Assembly (NCBI RefSeq): GCF_000260965.1 | Contig: NC_017856.1 | Coordinates: forward strand, 60,001-92,000 | Direction: 5' to 3' | Source: Methylophaga frappieri | GTDB taxonomy: Bacteria > Pseudomonadota > Gammaproteobacteria > Nitrosococcales > Methylophagaceae | DNA length: 32,000 bases | Shown: piece by piece, positions 18,167-26,057 of the stretch | How the letters are laid out: each line of letters opens with the position of its first letter | How positions within the stretch are numbered: the stretch's first letter is position 1 | Notes under the pieces: model-generated | Database searches by the model: none | What the model saw: the letters and a program-made list of their open reading frames with translations, nothing else | What the model was told of the DNA's origin: nothing | Made by a program: the position numbers and the translations under genes

Positions 18167-18208
18167 GGCGATTTATGTTACTTTAGAGGGGAAAATCCCT
18201 AGAACCCC
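18167..18208 (-). repeat. Terminal inverted repeat IRR, copy 2
   Basis: Exact reverse complement of 15000-15041. Confidence 0.95.
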
Positions 18209-19293
18209 AGCCAGGAAAAATCCAGAACGTCTCCGCCGCCATTGAACATAAAGCCAAGGCGCCGATCAGAGATTTTGTTCTCAAGACGGGAAATCATGCG
18301 GGAAAGCTTTCCGTTGAAATCGCCTTGCTTTTCACCACGAGCGCCTGGAACCATCTCTACGTTGATGTCATTCAACCTGCCCATGAGAAAATCTAGTTTG
18401 AAGGGGACCGGGCTATCGACGGTGAAGTGCTTCAGTACATCTGTCTGGCCGCCATCTTCCAGGTATTTTTGTTTCGCCTGATTGATCTCACGCGCCATGA
18501 TCATGGCCTGGTTGGGCGCATTCTGGTCGCTTCGATCAACGAACATGGATACGAGTGCTTCGTACGAAAGTAGCCAGTAAGGCAGGTATAGAACACCGTC
18601 ATCAATGGTGCGTTTAGCCTCAACATCTGCGGGCCCGGCCACCTTGAAGTGCTGAATGCCTGGGTCTACCAATGGTGAGTATTCACCATGAAGATCAAAA
18701 ACAATGGCGTTAGCCGTAGAGAGTCCTGCCATTTGCTCAATAATCTTGGCTGTCGTCCAGGACTTACCTGACCCGGTACTGCCGCCGATGAAGGCGTGAC
18801 GCTGGAAAAACTTATTACCGTTGAGATAGGCAACAGCGTGTTCGTCCAACGTGTATTTGCCCAGCGTCAGGGCATTACCATCTGCTGAGATGCTAGAGAG
18901 AGTCCGCATAAAGCCGGTAAGGTTTTCGCCCTCTAGCGAAAAGCAATTCGCATCAATTTCTGGAACACTTTCCAGAGTGCGGCGAAATACATTTTCTCTT
19001 TCTCCATCACGATCCAGCATCGTGCCAATCAGGGCGATTTTGCACAGGTTCAGTTCGGAGGTCTGCTCGCTGATGCCATCATTTGCAATGTCCTCGATAC
19101 CACGCTTACGGGTCACCTGGGTGATGAGCCCGATGAGATGCTGTCCAGGCCTGCTGCTTTGGAGCACGGCCAGATGGTTGACTTGCAACCTTTTGAGTTG
19201 GTCGATATTTTCTACGTCCACGATGACGTTTGTCGTATCGACGGAGGCCACCTTTCCAAGAGCGTCTTCATCCCTAAAATTAAATATCGGCAT
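18199..19293 (-). pseudogene. herA: HerA-like (DUF87) ATPase of a SIR2-HerA defence pair, 3'-truncated by the transposon IR
   Basis: The Walker A motif is FIGGSTGSGKSWT. About 361 native codons end at the IR tip (18208/18209). The last residues and the TAG stop (18199-18201) are supplied by IR sequence. As far as I recall, full-length HerA partners of SIR2 are considerably longer. Confidence 0.8.
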
Positions 19294-19302
19294 ATCTTCT
19301 TC

Positions 19303-20343
19303 CTACATAATGAGTGACAGGTAACCCTCAAGACTCCATAAGTTTTTTTCAACAGTTACAGGAGTCTTATCTAAAGAGGAGTAGATGATGGACTGGTCGT
19401 CTGTAGCACCCCGCTCTATTGCTAGGCAATTTTTCGCCTTGCCGTCCGTAATTAGTTTTCTGGCCGCATCTGAAAGCGCATATGTAATAATCGTGATCGG
19501 GGTATTCAGACGCTGACATCTCGCCATGAGTTTTGGCTGAATGTGCTCGTCATTGAAGCCGTATCCAATGCAAAGGTAAGAGTTCGCCGCAGTAATGGCT
19601 TGGTCTGCATTGTTGATGATTGAGCGGTATGGTTCTAAATGTGTCGTTTGATATTTCTGAGTGCCTGGAGTCACTATTTCCGGCTTGTAGTTGACAGGGA
19701 TACCTTGAATATTTGAAAGAGCCACAATGTCTTCGAGCGGCGATTTAAACCAGTCCAGCGAGCCGTGAACCTTCCAGATATTGACTCTGCGGGCAGAATT
19801 TATCTCATTCGGTGCAGCCAGTTGTCGAAAAAAACCGTGCGTGAAGCCCGTATAATGGTGAATTCGCTCCTGATCACAGGCGTATTCGGCGAGTCTGTCG
19901 TAATTCGTAGTAACAATGTTTAATTTGGTAAGACTGCTTTTGAACATGTGGCTCAACAGTCGGCTAAGCGGAAAAATCGCTTGGTTCTGAAGGCTTCGGT
20001 TGAAAATGTGAATGTCTTCAGCGTTGATGAGCGACCAGGTTGCTCTGATAATTCTGGAAGTTAGCTCTTCTGTAACAGCCACCTGATGCAGCGCCGACTC
20101 CAGATCAACGCCAGCATTCAAGACCTCACAGAATTTCTCCCAGACGTCTATCTCTCCAGCGGATAATCCAGAAATGTCGGTATTTTCAGTCAAATGCTTC
20201 GCAAGCGCCCACATGCCAGAAATGCCATGGGCAGCCGATGCACCGCTGCCCAGGATGATAAGGGGAGCCTTGTTGTAATAATCCTGTGCTTGTTTTTGGT
20301 AGTTCACATCTGACATATCATCTTCGCCATTAATTCTCTGCAT
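19303..20343 (-). CDS. SIR2-family (SIR2_2-like) NAD+-utilising effector protein
   Basis: 346 aa. It has PLIILGSGASAAHGISGMW (a GAGxS-like NAD-binding start), IVTTNYDRLAEYA (catalytic Asn region), NIWKVHGSLDWF (catalytic His) and CIGYGFNDEHI. It ends 9 nt upstream of herA. The alternative start at 20316 gives MSDVNY. Confidence 0.85.
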   Translation of the reverse strand: MQRINGEDDMSDVNYQKQAQDYYNKAPLIILGSGASAAHGISGMWALAKHLTENTDISGLSAGEIDVWEKFCEVLNAGVDLESALHQVAVTEELTSRIIRATWSLINAEDIHIFNRSLQNQAIFPLSRLLSHMFKSSLTKLNIVTTNYDRLAEYACDQERIHHYTGFTHGFFRQLAAPNEINSARRVNIWKVHGSLDWFKSPLEDIVALSNIQGIPVNYKPEIVTPGTQKYQTTHLEPYRSIINNADQAITAANSYLCIGYGFNDEHIQPKLMARCQRLNTPITIITYALSDAARKLITDGKAKNCLAIERGATDDQSIIYSSLDKTPVTVEKNLWSLEGYLSLIM

Positions 20344-20432
20344 CCTTCTTGCTGGATTTTCAGCACATCGATAACTTTTACTCGCTCTAAAAGTCTGTTA
20401 ATGGGGTCTTTGACCTCATAATTATCAGGCAT

Positions 20433-20467
20433 AAAAACTAATCGTGAATGATTCACGATTAGTTTTT
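20433..20467. terminator. Perfect 17-bp-arm palindrome with flanking A5/T5 runs (bidirectional terminator-like)
   Basis: AAAAACTAATCGTGAAT-G-ATTCACGATTAGTTTTT. It lies between the SDR gene 3' end (20700) and the SIR2 gene start. Confidence 0.6.
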
Positions 20468-20699
20468 GCTATTTGGGAGAGATATAAATGTGGGCTGGGC
20501 TTCCATGTCTTGCTCAATCAAGTCAGATGGTTTTGAGTTTACCCACAATCGATATGGTTATACAAAGTTTTGTGATGTATTGGTTTTTAGATTCAGAATA
20601 CTCAAGTTATCTTTAGATAGGTTCATCTTTATCGTGTGCCTATGCCCTACCTTGCGTCGCTGAGACCTATCGGGCTTATGACTTACCAAACTTTTAAGA

Positions 20700-21758
20700 T
20701 CAGGGAATTATTTTCTCAGCACGCAGACGATCAAACAGGTCAAAAAATGCAGCTCTTGTTTCGCGGAAATGATCAAAACCAAATTCACGAGATTTAGTCG
20801 TATCGTTGACGCATTCTTGATCCCGGCCCAGGTCTGCATCGGTATGCCACCAGGAAGCCAATTTGCTAATGTCCGGCTCAATCAAATCATGCTTTCTAGC
20901 AATTTCACGCCAGATCAAATCTGCTTCGCCCATCTGCACTTCCAATGGCTGCGGCGTTTCAGGACAATCCGCGACTTCGAGACCGAAATACTCACCAATC
21001 TCACGCCACATGCGTCTCCAGCGAAAAACGTCACCATTAACCGTATTGAATTCCTGATTTGCTGCGCCTGGAGTTGTGGCGGCCCACTCCATCTGGCGCG
21101 CCAGAACCAGTGCATCGGTCATATCAGTCAGTGCGTTCCATTGAATTTTCGAACCTGGAAACACAAAAGGTTTGTCTTTTTCCCTGCAGATCGTGGCATA
21201 GACGGCAAGTGTTGTTCCCATGTTCATAGCGTTACCGCGGGCGTAGCCAATCACTGTATGTGGACGATGCACGTTCCAGGTAAAGCCTTGTCGTTCGGCA
21301 GTTTCGAACAGCACATCTTCCAGCGCGTAGTAAAAGTTGTCGCCGGGAACACGCGGTTCGGATTCACGGAACGGGGTCTCGGTGCGACCGCTACCGTATG
21401 CTTCGAATGAACCGAGATACTGCTTGGTTCCAGTGACTAGTGAGCCGTGCTGTAGGTCGGCATCTTCGAGCGCCTCGAACAGGTTACGCATCATGGCACT
21501 GTTGGCTTCAATGTTAGCTTTTTCATTGTCGCGACGGATCCATGTGCAGTAGAAAACATGGGTGATCGGCAGACCAACCAACGCATCTCGGGTAGCCGAC
21601 TCATCAAGCAGATCTGCGGTAACTGGAATCACGCCACTCTGTTCAGTCGCGCGACGTGAAAGCCCGAATACCGTCCATCCACTGGCAACCAAATATGAAG
21701 CTAGATTACCACCCGTTATTCCGGTGGCGCCGACGACTAGTGCGATACCTTTACGCAT
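20700..21758 (-). CDS. SDR-family NAD(P)-dependent oxidoreductase (extended SDR, enone 5-beta-reductase-like)
   Basis: The start is MRKGIALVVGATGITGGNLASYL (Rossmann GxxGxxG), with the ATG at 21758 preceded by a strong SD AGGAGA. Overall the sequence resembles progesterone-5-beta-reductase-like bacterial SDRs, from memory. Confidence 0.8.
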   Translation of the reverse strand: MRKGIALVVGATGITGGNLASYLVASGWTVFGLSRRATEQSGVIPVTADLLDESATRDALVGLPITHVFYCTWIRRDNEKANIEANSAMMRNLFEALEDADLQHGSLVTGTKQYLGSFEAYGSGRTETPFRESEPRVPGDNFYYALEDVLFETAERQGFTWNVHRPHTVIGYARGNAMNMGTTLAVYATICREKDKPFVFPGSKIQWNALTDMTDALVLARQMEWAATTPGAANQEFNTVNGDVFRWRRMWREIGEYFGLEVADCPETPQPLEVQMGEADLIWREIARKHDLIEPDISKLASWWHTDADLGRDQECVNDTTKSREFGFDHFRETRAAFFDLFDRLRAEKIIP

Positions 21759-21841
21759 GAGATTTCTCCTTTCGGAAATGGTTTCGGCCCACATAAGCCG
21801 CATGAAGTACACAGCACAACCAACGCTGAGAGCTGTATTAT

Positions 21842-22561
21842 TTACTGGACTTCGTTATATTTCATTAATCTGTCTGTTTCTACTTTGACAATCTGATAAC
21901 ATTCGCAGACGCGGTTTTCTAAACCTTCGCGATCCAATACGGTAATTTTCCCACGGACATAACGGATCAAACCGTCACGTTGTAAACTACATGCTGCTTC
22001 TGTGACACCTTCACGGCGAACGCCCAACATATTGGAAATCAGCTCCTGGGTCATGGTGAGTTCATTTGAGGGTAACCGATCCAAGCTTAATAATAACCAT
22101 CGGCATAATTGCTGATCGACCGTATGGTGTCGATTACATACCGCTGTTTGCGCCATCTGAGTTATCAGTGACTGTGTATAACGCAACAACAGCCGCTGTA
22201 ACTTTCCCGCTCGAAAAAACTCCTTTTTCAATAGTTTCCCAGTCAACTTGTAAGCAAATCCCTCACTCTGTACCAATGCCCAACTGGAAGTAGTTTCGCC
22301 TCCCAAAAACAATGAGATACCGACAATGCCTTCTTTGCCCACTACTGCAATTTCGGTTGAAGCGCCGCTTTCCGTTAAATGTAATAAAGACACCATCGCT
22401 GTGGTTGGAAAATACACATGCTTAATCTGTTTATCAGGAGAATGAAGTACCTCTCCCAACGGTAGCTTCACCAGCTCTAAATTCGGAAAGACTCGTTTAC
22501 GTTCTTCCTCTGTCAGCGCTGCCAGAAGGTAATTATGACTGGGGTATTGTTCTAATTTCAT
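21842..22561 (-). CDS. Crp/Fnr-family transcriptional regulator (cNMP-binding-like domain + C-terminal HTH)
   Basis: It has a beta-roll effector domain (VYFPTTAMVSLLH...EIAVVGKEGIVG) and the HTH LTMTQELISNMLGVRREGVTEAACSLQRDGLI. I prefer the ATG at 22561 (MKLEQY) over the TTG at 22576. Confidence 0.85.
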   Translation of the reverse strand: MKLEQYPSHNYLLAALTEEERKRVFPNLELVKLPLGEVLHSPDKQIKHVYFPTTAMVSLLHLTESGASTEIAVVGKEGIVGISLFLGGETTSSWALVQSEGFAYKLTGKLLKKEFFRAGKLQRLLLRYTQSLITQMAQTAVCNRHHTVDQQLCRWLLLSLDRLPSNELTMTQELISNMLGVRREGVTEAACSLQRDGLIRYVRGKITVLDREGLENRVCECYQIVKVETDRLMKYNEVQ

Positions 22562-22648
22562 AGGCTCGCAACACAAATATCCATGAATATCTGTTTATCT
22601 AGCGATTATTCCTCTCACATTGCGTGTCAGTCATTCCTTCCTTTCAAA

Positions 22649-22665
22649 CTTGATCCTTATTCAAG
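22649..22665. promoter_or_regulatory. Candidate Crp/Fnr-type palindromic box upstream of the regulator gene
   Basis: CTTGA-N7-TCAAG is a perfect palindrome about 90 bp upstream of the ATG at 22561. The spacing differs from the canonical TTGAT-N4-ATCAA. Confidence 0.25.
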
Positions 22666-22817
22666 GGTAAGCTATCGCACACAATTCAAAAAAAACAATA
22701 TTTCAATTTCTCCGTGTTTGTTGGAAAACATAATACATACAACTTTTGCTGTTACCTTTAATCCAAAAAAATCTAGGAATAACAAATCACCTCTTCAAGC
22801 AAAATAGCCTTGGCATG

Positions 22818-23426
22818 CTAACTTCCGTGGCGCAAAACTTGAAAATCAATTGGCTTGTAGCAAAAGTTGTTTGACTGCCCAGCGGAGCATGCAGTCATCG
22901 CCACCACGAGTGGCATCTCTGCTCGCAGGCGAACGAAATCCCCTGCTTTGCTGAGTGGCGGAAGCACGCTGAACTCACCAGTTTTGGCATCTACCGCAAC
23001 ATACATAAAAACGTTAAAAGCGATGGGAATGCGATCGACTCCGATATTGTAAGGTGCCAGTGCTGCCACAAGATTTCCCTCACAACCCGGCCGTCCTTCA
23101 TTCTCACCGTAGATGATCTTGAAGGTATCTTTTGAACAAGGTGTTAAGGTAAAGTCGTGTCGGCCACAGGTGTCTTCCATGATAGTGAACATGGGGCGGC
23201 TACGATTCGAGTACAACACGTCGCCTGTTGTAAGCCATAGACGTGAGGCATAATCGAGCGAACGACCTGAGGACAAATACTCTTCATGATTGGTTTGCTC
23301 AAAAGCGACCAGGTCACTTACTTGTTGACCATCGGGATCGATAATTACCAGCTCATCACCCGTGGCAAGTTCGACCGACTGTGCAGAGCAAGGCTGAATT
23401 CTAATTGTCTCTAAGTCCGTATTCAT
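22818..23426 (-). CDS. DUF1989 (urea-carboxylase-associated) family protein
   Basis: 202 aa. IQPCSAQSVELATGDELVIIDPDGQQVSDLVAF...TPCSKDTFKIIYG...GCEGNL...NVFMYV fits DUF1989 from memory. Its start overlaps the upstream gene stop by 4 nt. Confidence 0.75.
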   Translation of the reverse strand: MNTDLETIRIQPCSAQSVELATGDELVIIDPDGQQVSDLVAFEQTNHEEYLSSGRSLDYASRLWLTTGDVLYSNRSRPMFTIMEDTCGRHDFTLTPCSKDTFKIIYGENEGRPGCEGNLVAALAPYNIGVDRIPIAFNVFMYVAVDAKTGEFSVLPPLSKAGDFVRLRAEMPLVVAMTACSAGQSNNFCYKPIDFQVLRHGS

Positions 23427-24139
23427 AACTTCTCCTTAAAATCAAAAGGACACTGCCAGTCCTTCTCTACCTCACGACCACTATATTGCCTGGCCTCACT
23501 TGCCTCCCCGAAATCTGCCAGATTGGGATTGATCGACCCTTGCAATTCGATATCGCGGGAACGAGTAGCCGCTTGCATTTTCTCAAAACGTCCGTCTTCT
23601 CTGAGCCTCTCGAACTGACGGTGAGAATTGAACACCAATACCGGACGCTTGAAACGTCTGGCAAGTCGCGAAGCATTTGGATGAAGCCCAATCAGGAAGA
23701 ACGGATGTCCCGACATGCTCAGGCTAAATCGTGAGCTTTCTGTATCATTACTGACATCGTCGGCTGGTAAATTGCCTGCCAAAACATCAAGTTTGTGGAT
23801 TCGCCACAATTGCGACCACATTAATGACTCAAAACGATGCTCGCTCATATTGAACGGTCCACGGAATATTGCGACAAAAGAATGCACTATGTCGCTGTCG
23901 GACACGTTTGTCTCGATCATGTCAACAAATTCAGAAAGCCCATCTGCAATGGCTTGGTCATTGTCGGGATCGCCCAATGTTCCGAACTCATGCGTTTCAA
24001 TCGAGTCATGGGCTAACGCTGACTTTGCACCCACACAGGGAAAGGCATTGTCATCCAGAAACGCTAAAAAGCTCTCGCCTATTTCTGTAATGGGCTTTTG
24101 ATTTTTTTCAATTGTTTGAGAATATTCGTTACGTATCAT
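23423..24139 (-). CDS. YqcI/YcgG-family protein (family includes heme-dependent N-hydroxylases)
   Basis: The FPCVGAKSA motif near the N-terminus and HPFFLIGLHPNASRLARRF...LVFN are family hallmarks as I remember them. I prefer the ATG at 24139; the track's start at 24181 is a GTG. Confidence 0.75.
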   Translation of the reverse strand: MIRNEYSQTIEKNQKPITEIGESFLAFLDDNAFPCVGAKSALAHDSIETHEFGTLGDPDNDQAIADGLSEFVDMIETNVSDSDIVHSFVAIFRGPFNMSEHRFESLMWSQLWRIHKLDVLAGNLPADDVSNDTESSRFSLSMSGHPFFLIGLHPNASRLARRFKRPVLVFNSHRQFERLREDGRFEKMQAATRSRDIELQGSINPNLADFGEASEARQYSGREVEKDWQCPFDFKEKL

Positions 24140-24818
24140 TAGTTTATCTTTAATTCGCAAATTAATAACAGCGAAAGACACTTATAGCCACAGTGGTGAA
24201 GGTATCTTAGGCATTACTTGAGTTTGAAATACAAACCCGCGAATAAATACTAACGTTCGTTGCGAAGATAGTATGTACGGTTCCTAACCCAGCTAGTCGA
24301 TATTTCCCCTTAATTTTTTGGTTATAAGCAAGGGGCTGGTAACCGTCATAAAGAGTTTGAATTAGACGTAAATCGATTGATGCTCGATATGTTTATTTAC
24401 AGGTTATTTTTGATTTTATTGCAGATTTTTATTAACTGCTTGACCTCAGTTTCATTCAAGCCAGTAGCACACAATGCCAGCTTGGCAATGTTTTCTCCTT
24501 CATCAGCAAACTCACGTCCCTATTTTTTATGACATTGCCATTGTTAATGCCAATTAACCTTTCTGCCAATATCTACCCACTTTAATTACCGAAACACCCT
24601 ATGAAGGTCGTCAGCTAGCCATTAAATTGGTGCGAAAAACCATTGGAACAATTCAAACCGATCCTGCTGCAAAACATCGTGTAAGAGCGAAGTATGCTGA
24701 AGATCCTGCACTATTAATGGTTGCTGCTGAGCTTGTGGCAATAGAATTTAAAACAATAGCCATTTGCCAACGATTATTGGCGTAAATAAGCAGCTAAACA
24801 AACAGCGTAGTTATGCCG

Positions 24819-26021
24819 TTAACCTGGTTTACCATCGGGTCTGGGTGTCGTTAAAATCGGAAAATAAAGAATGATATACAGTAAGTAAGCAGTAGCCCAT
24901 GCAAGGACGCTAAACCATAACCAAAAAGAAATTTGCGTTGGTAACAGCCAAATCATCAGTGTTCGAATTAAGCCGACGGCAATAATGAAAATAAATGCTA
25001 ATGAGATTAAACGTTTTGGCGTTAATGATCTGCCGCTGTGTCCTAGTGATACGCGAGACATCATACTGAGAATCATTGTGCCCATGGCACCCGCGGTTAA
25101 TGCATGTAAGGCAACACTATAGGGCATGTCGAGACCGGCATAATATGCTGAAAACATAATCAGTCCCAGCGGGATGAACCAATAGCCTATATGCAAAGAC
25201 CAAAGCAGTGGCACGCGGAAGGTGACCCAAATTTTCCATCTAAACCCACGAATAAATACCAGTATTGCCGAAACAGCGAACAACAAACTCAGAAGATTAG
25301 ATGGAATCAATTTTGTCAGCATTAAAAAATGTAAGGCAAATAGCAGCCAAACACTTGTAAGTGCAGTTTTATCCAACCAGGCAATGTTGTTTACTTTGGA
25401 TGTTTGAGTACCGTTTGCGGTAAACATTGGAATAACACGACCACCAATCACTGTCATTAATAATGTGATCAACAATACGGCACTAAGGCTGCCAGTTTGT
25501 TGAATATCCGGGCGTTCCATCACCAGCCCTGCGTACATTACTGCATTGCAGATAGTCAGTAATAACAGTACTGGAATAAAAAATAAGCTTTTAGTTTGTT
25601 TAGCTCGCAAAATGGGGTTCGCCAATAAATAGGCGCTTACCGGTAAAAAACTTAGATCAATCGCTATCACTAACCATAAAGGTAACCCAGCACCAAATAG
25701 CAATGCCAGCCTTCCAGCCAGCCATAACATGACAATTACTAACAGTGTTTTGCCATGTGGTGCTCGCTGACCTGTCCAGCTCTGCACTGCGGTTAATAAA
25801 AATCCAATCACTATCGCTGCAACATAGCCGAAGATCATTTCGTGGCTATGCCAGAACAGTTGATTGCCAACAAACTGGAAGTTGATATGACCAGATATGA
25901 TCAAGCCCCACAACAACATGGCAATCACACTGAAGGCTGCCCCAAACAGAAATAGCGGTCTAAACGCCTGACGAAATAAGGGCACAATGGCTTTTTCGCT
26001 TTCTGATAATTCTGGCGTCAT
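24819..26021 (-). CDS. nnrS: NnrS-family heme/copper membrane protein (NO-stress associated)
   Basis: 400 aa and polytopic. The N-terminus PLFRQAFRPLFLFGAAFSVIAMLLWGL with the following His-containing helices is typical of NnrS. It lies 36 nt downstream of nirK. Confidence 0.85.
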   Translation of the reverse strand: MTPELSESEKAIVPLFRQAFRPLFLFGAAFSVIAMLLWGLIISGHINFQFVGNQLFWHSHEMIFGYVAAIVIGFLLTAVQSWTGQRAPHGKTLLVIVMLWLAGRLALLFGAGLPLWLVIAIDLSFLPVSAYLLANPILRAKQTKSLFFIPVLLLLTICNAVMYAGLVMERPDIQQTGSLSAVLLITLLMTVIGGRVIPMFTANGTQTSKVNNIAWLDKTALTSVWLLFALHFLMLTKLIPSNLLSLLFAVSAILVFIRGFRWKIWVTFRVPLLWSLHIGYWFIPLGLIMFSAYYAGLDMPYSVALHALTAGAMGTMILSMMSRVSLGHSGRSLTPKRLISLAFIFIIAVGLIRTLMIWLLPTQISFWLWFSVLAWATAYLLYIILYFPILTTPRPDGKPG

Positions 26022-26057
26022 AGATACAAATCCAATTTTAAATTTACAGCATTCACA

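Larger units (their letters stand above)
10571..18208 (+). mobile_element. Composite / unresolved-cointegrate-like structure: two direct copies of a Tn3-family element flanking a 1222-bp GC-rich TA cassette
   Basis: Copies at 10571-13777 and 15000-18208 are in the same orientation and are identical except for 7 small indels. The inner segment 13778-14999 differs strongly in base composition. Confidence 0.85.
15000..18208 (+). mobile_element. Tn3-family IS-like element, copy 2 (3209 bp)
   Basis: It has the same 42-bp IRs (15000-15041 and 18167-18208) and a tnpA with a single +1 frameshift. Confidence 0.9.

Noticed and set aside
20304-20432. 42-codon ORF overlapping the SIR2 start, considered as a third defence gene or leader peptide.
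   Set aside because: Its ATG abuts the foot of the 35-bp palindrome, leaving no accessible ribosome-binding site, and I recognise no family. It is kept only as a note within a low-interest finding.
20466-21888. ORFs 20466-20663 (+), 20769-21410 (+), 20863-21057 (+), 20915-21115 (-), 21337-21552 (+) and 21562-21888 (+).
   Set aside because: They are antisense or out of frame relative to the well-supported SDR gene, or lie in its 3' untranslated region. They have odd composition and no ribosome-binding sites.
22583-22807. ORF 22583-22807 (+, 74 aa) in the intergenic region between the Crp-family gene and the DUF1989 gene.
   Set aside because: It has low-complexity AT-rich sequence, no ribosome-binding site and no recognisable family. 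The region is more plausibly promoter/terminator DNA.
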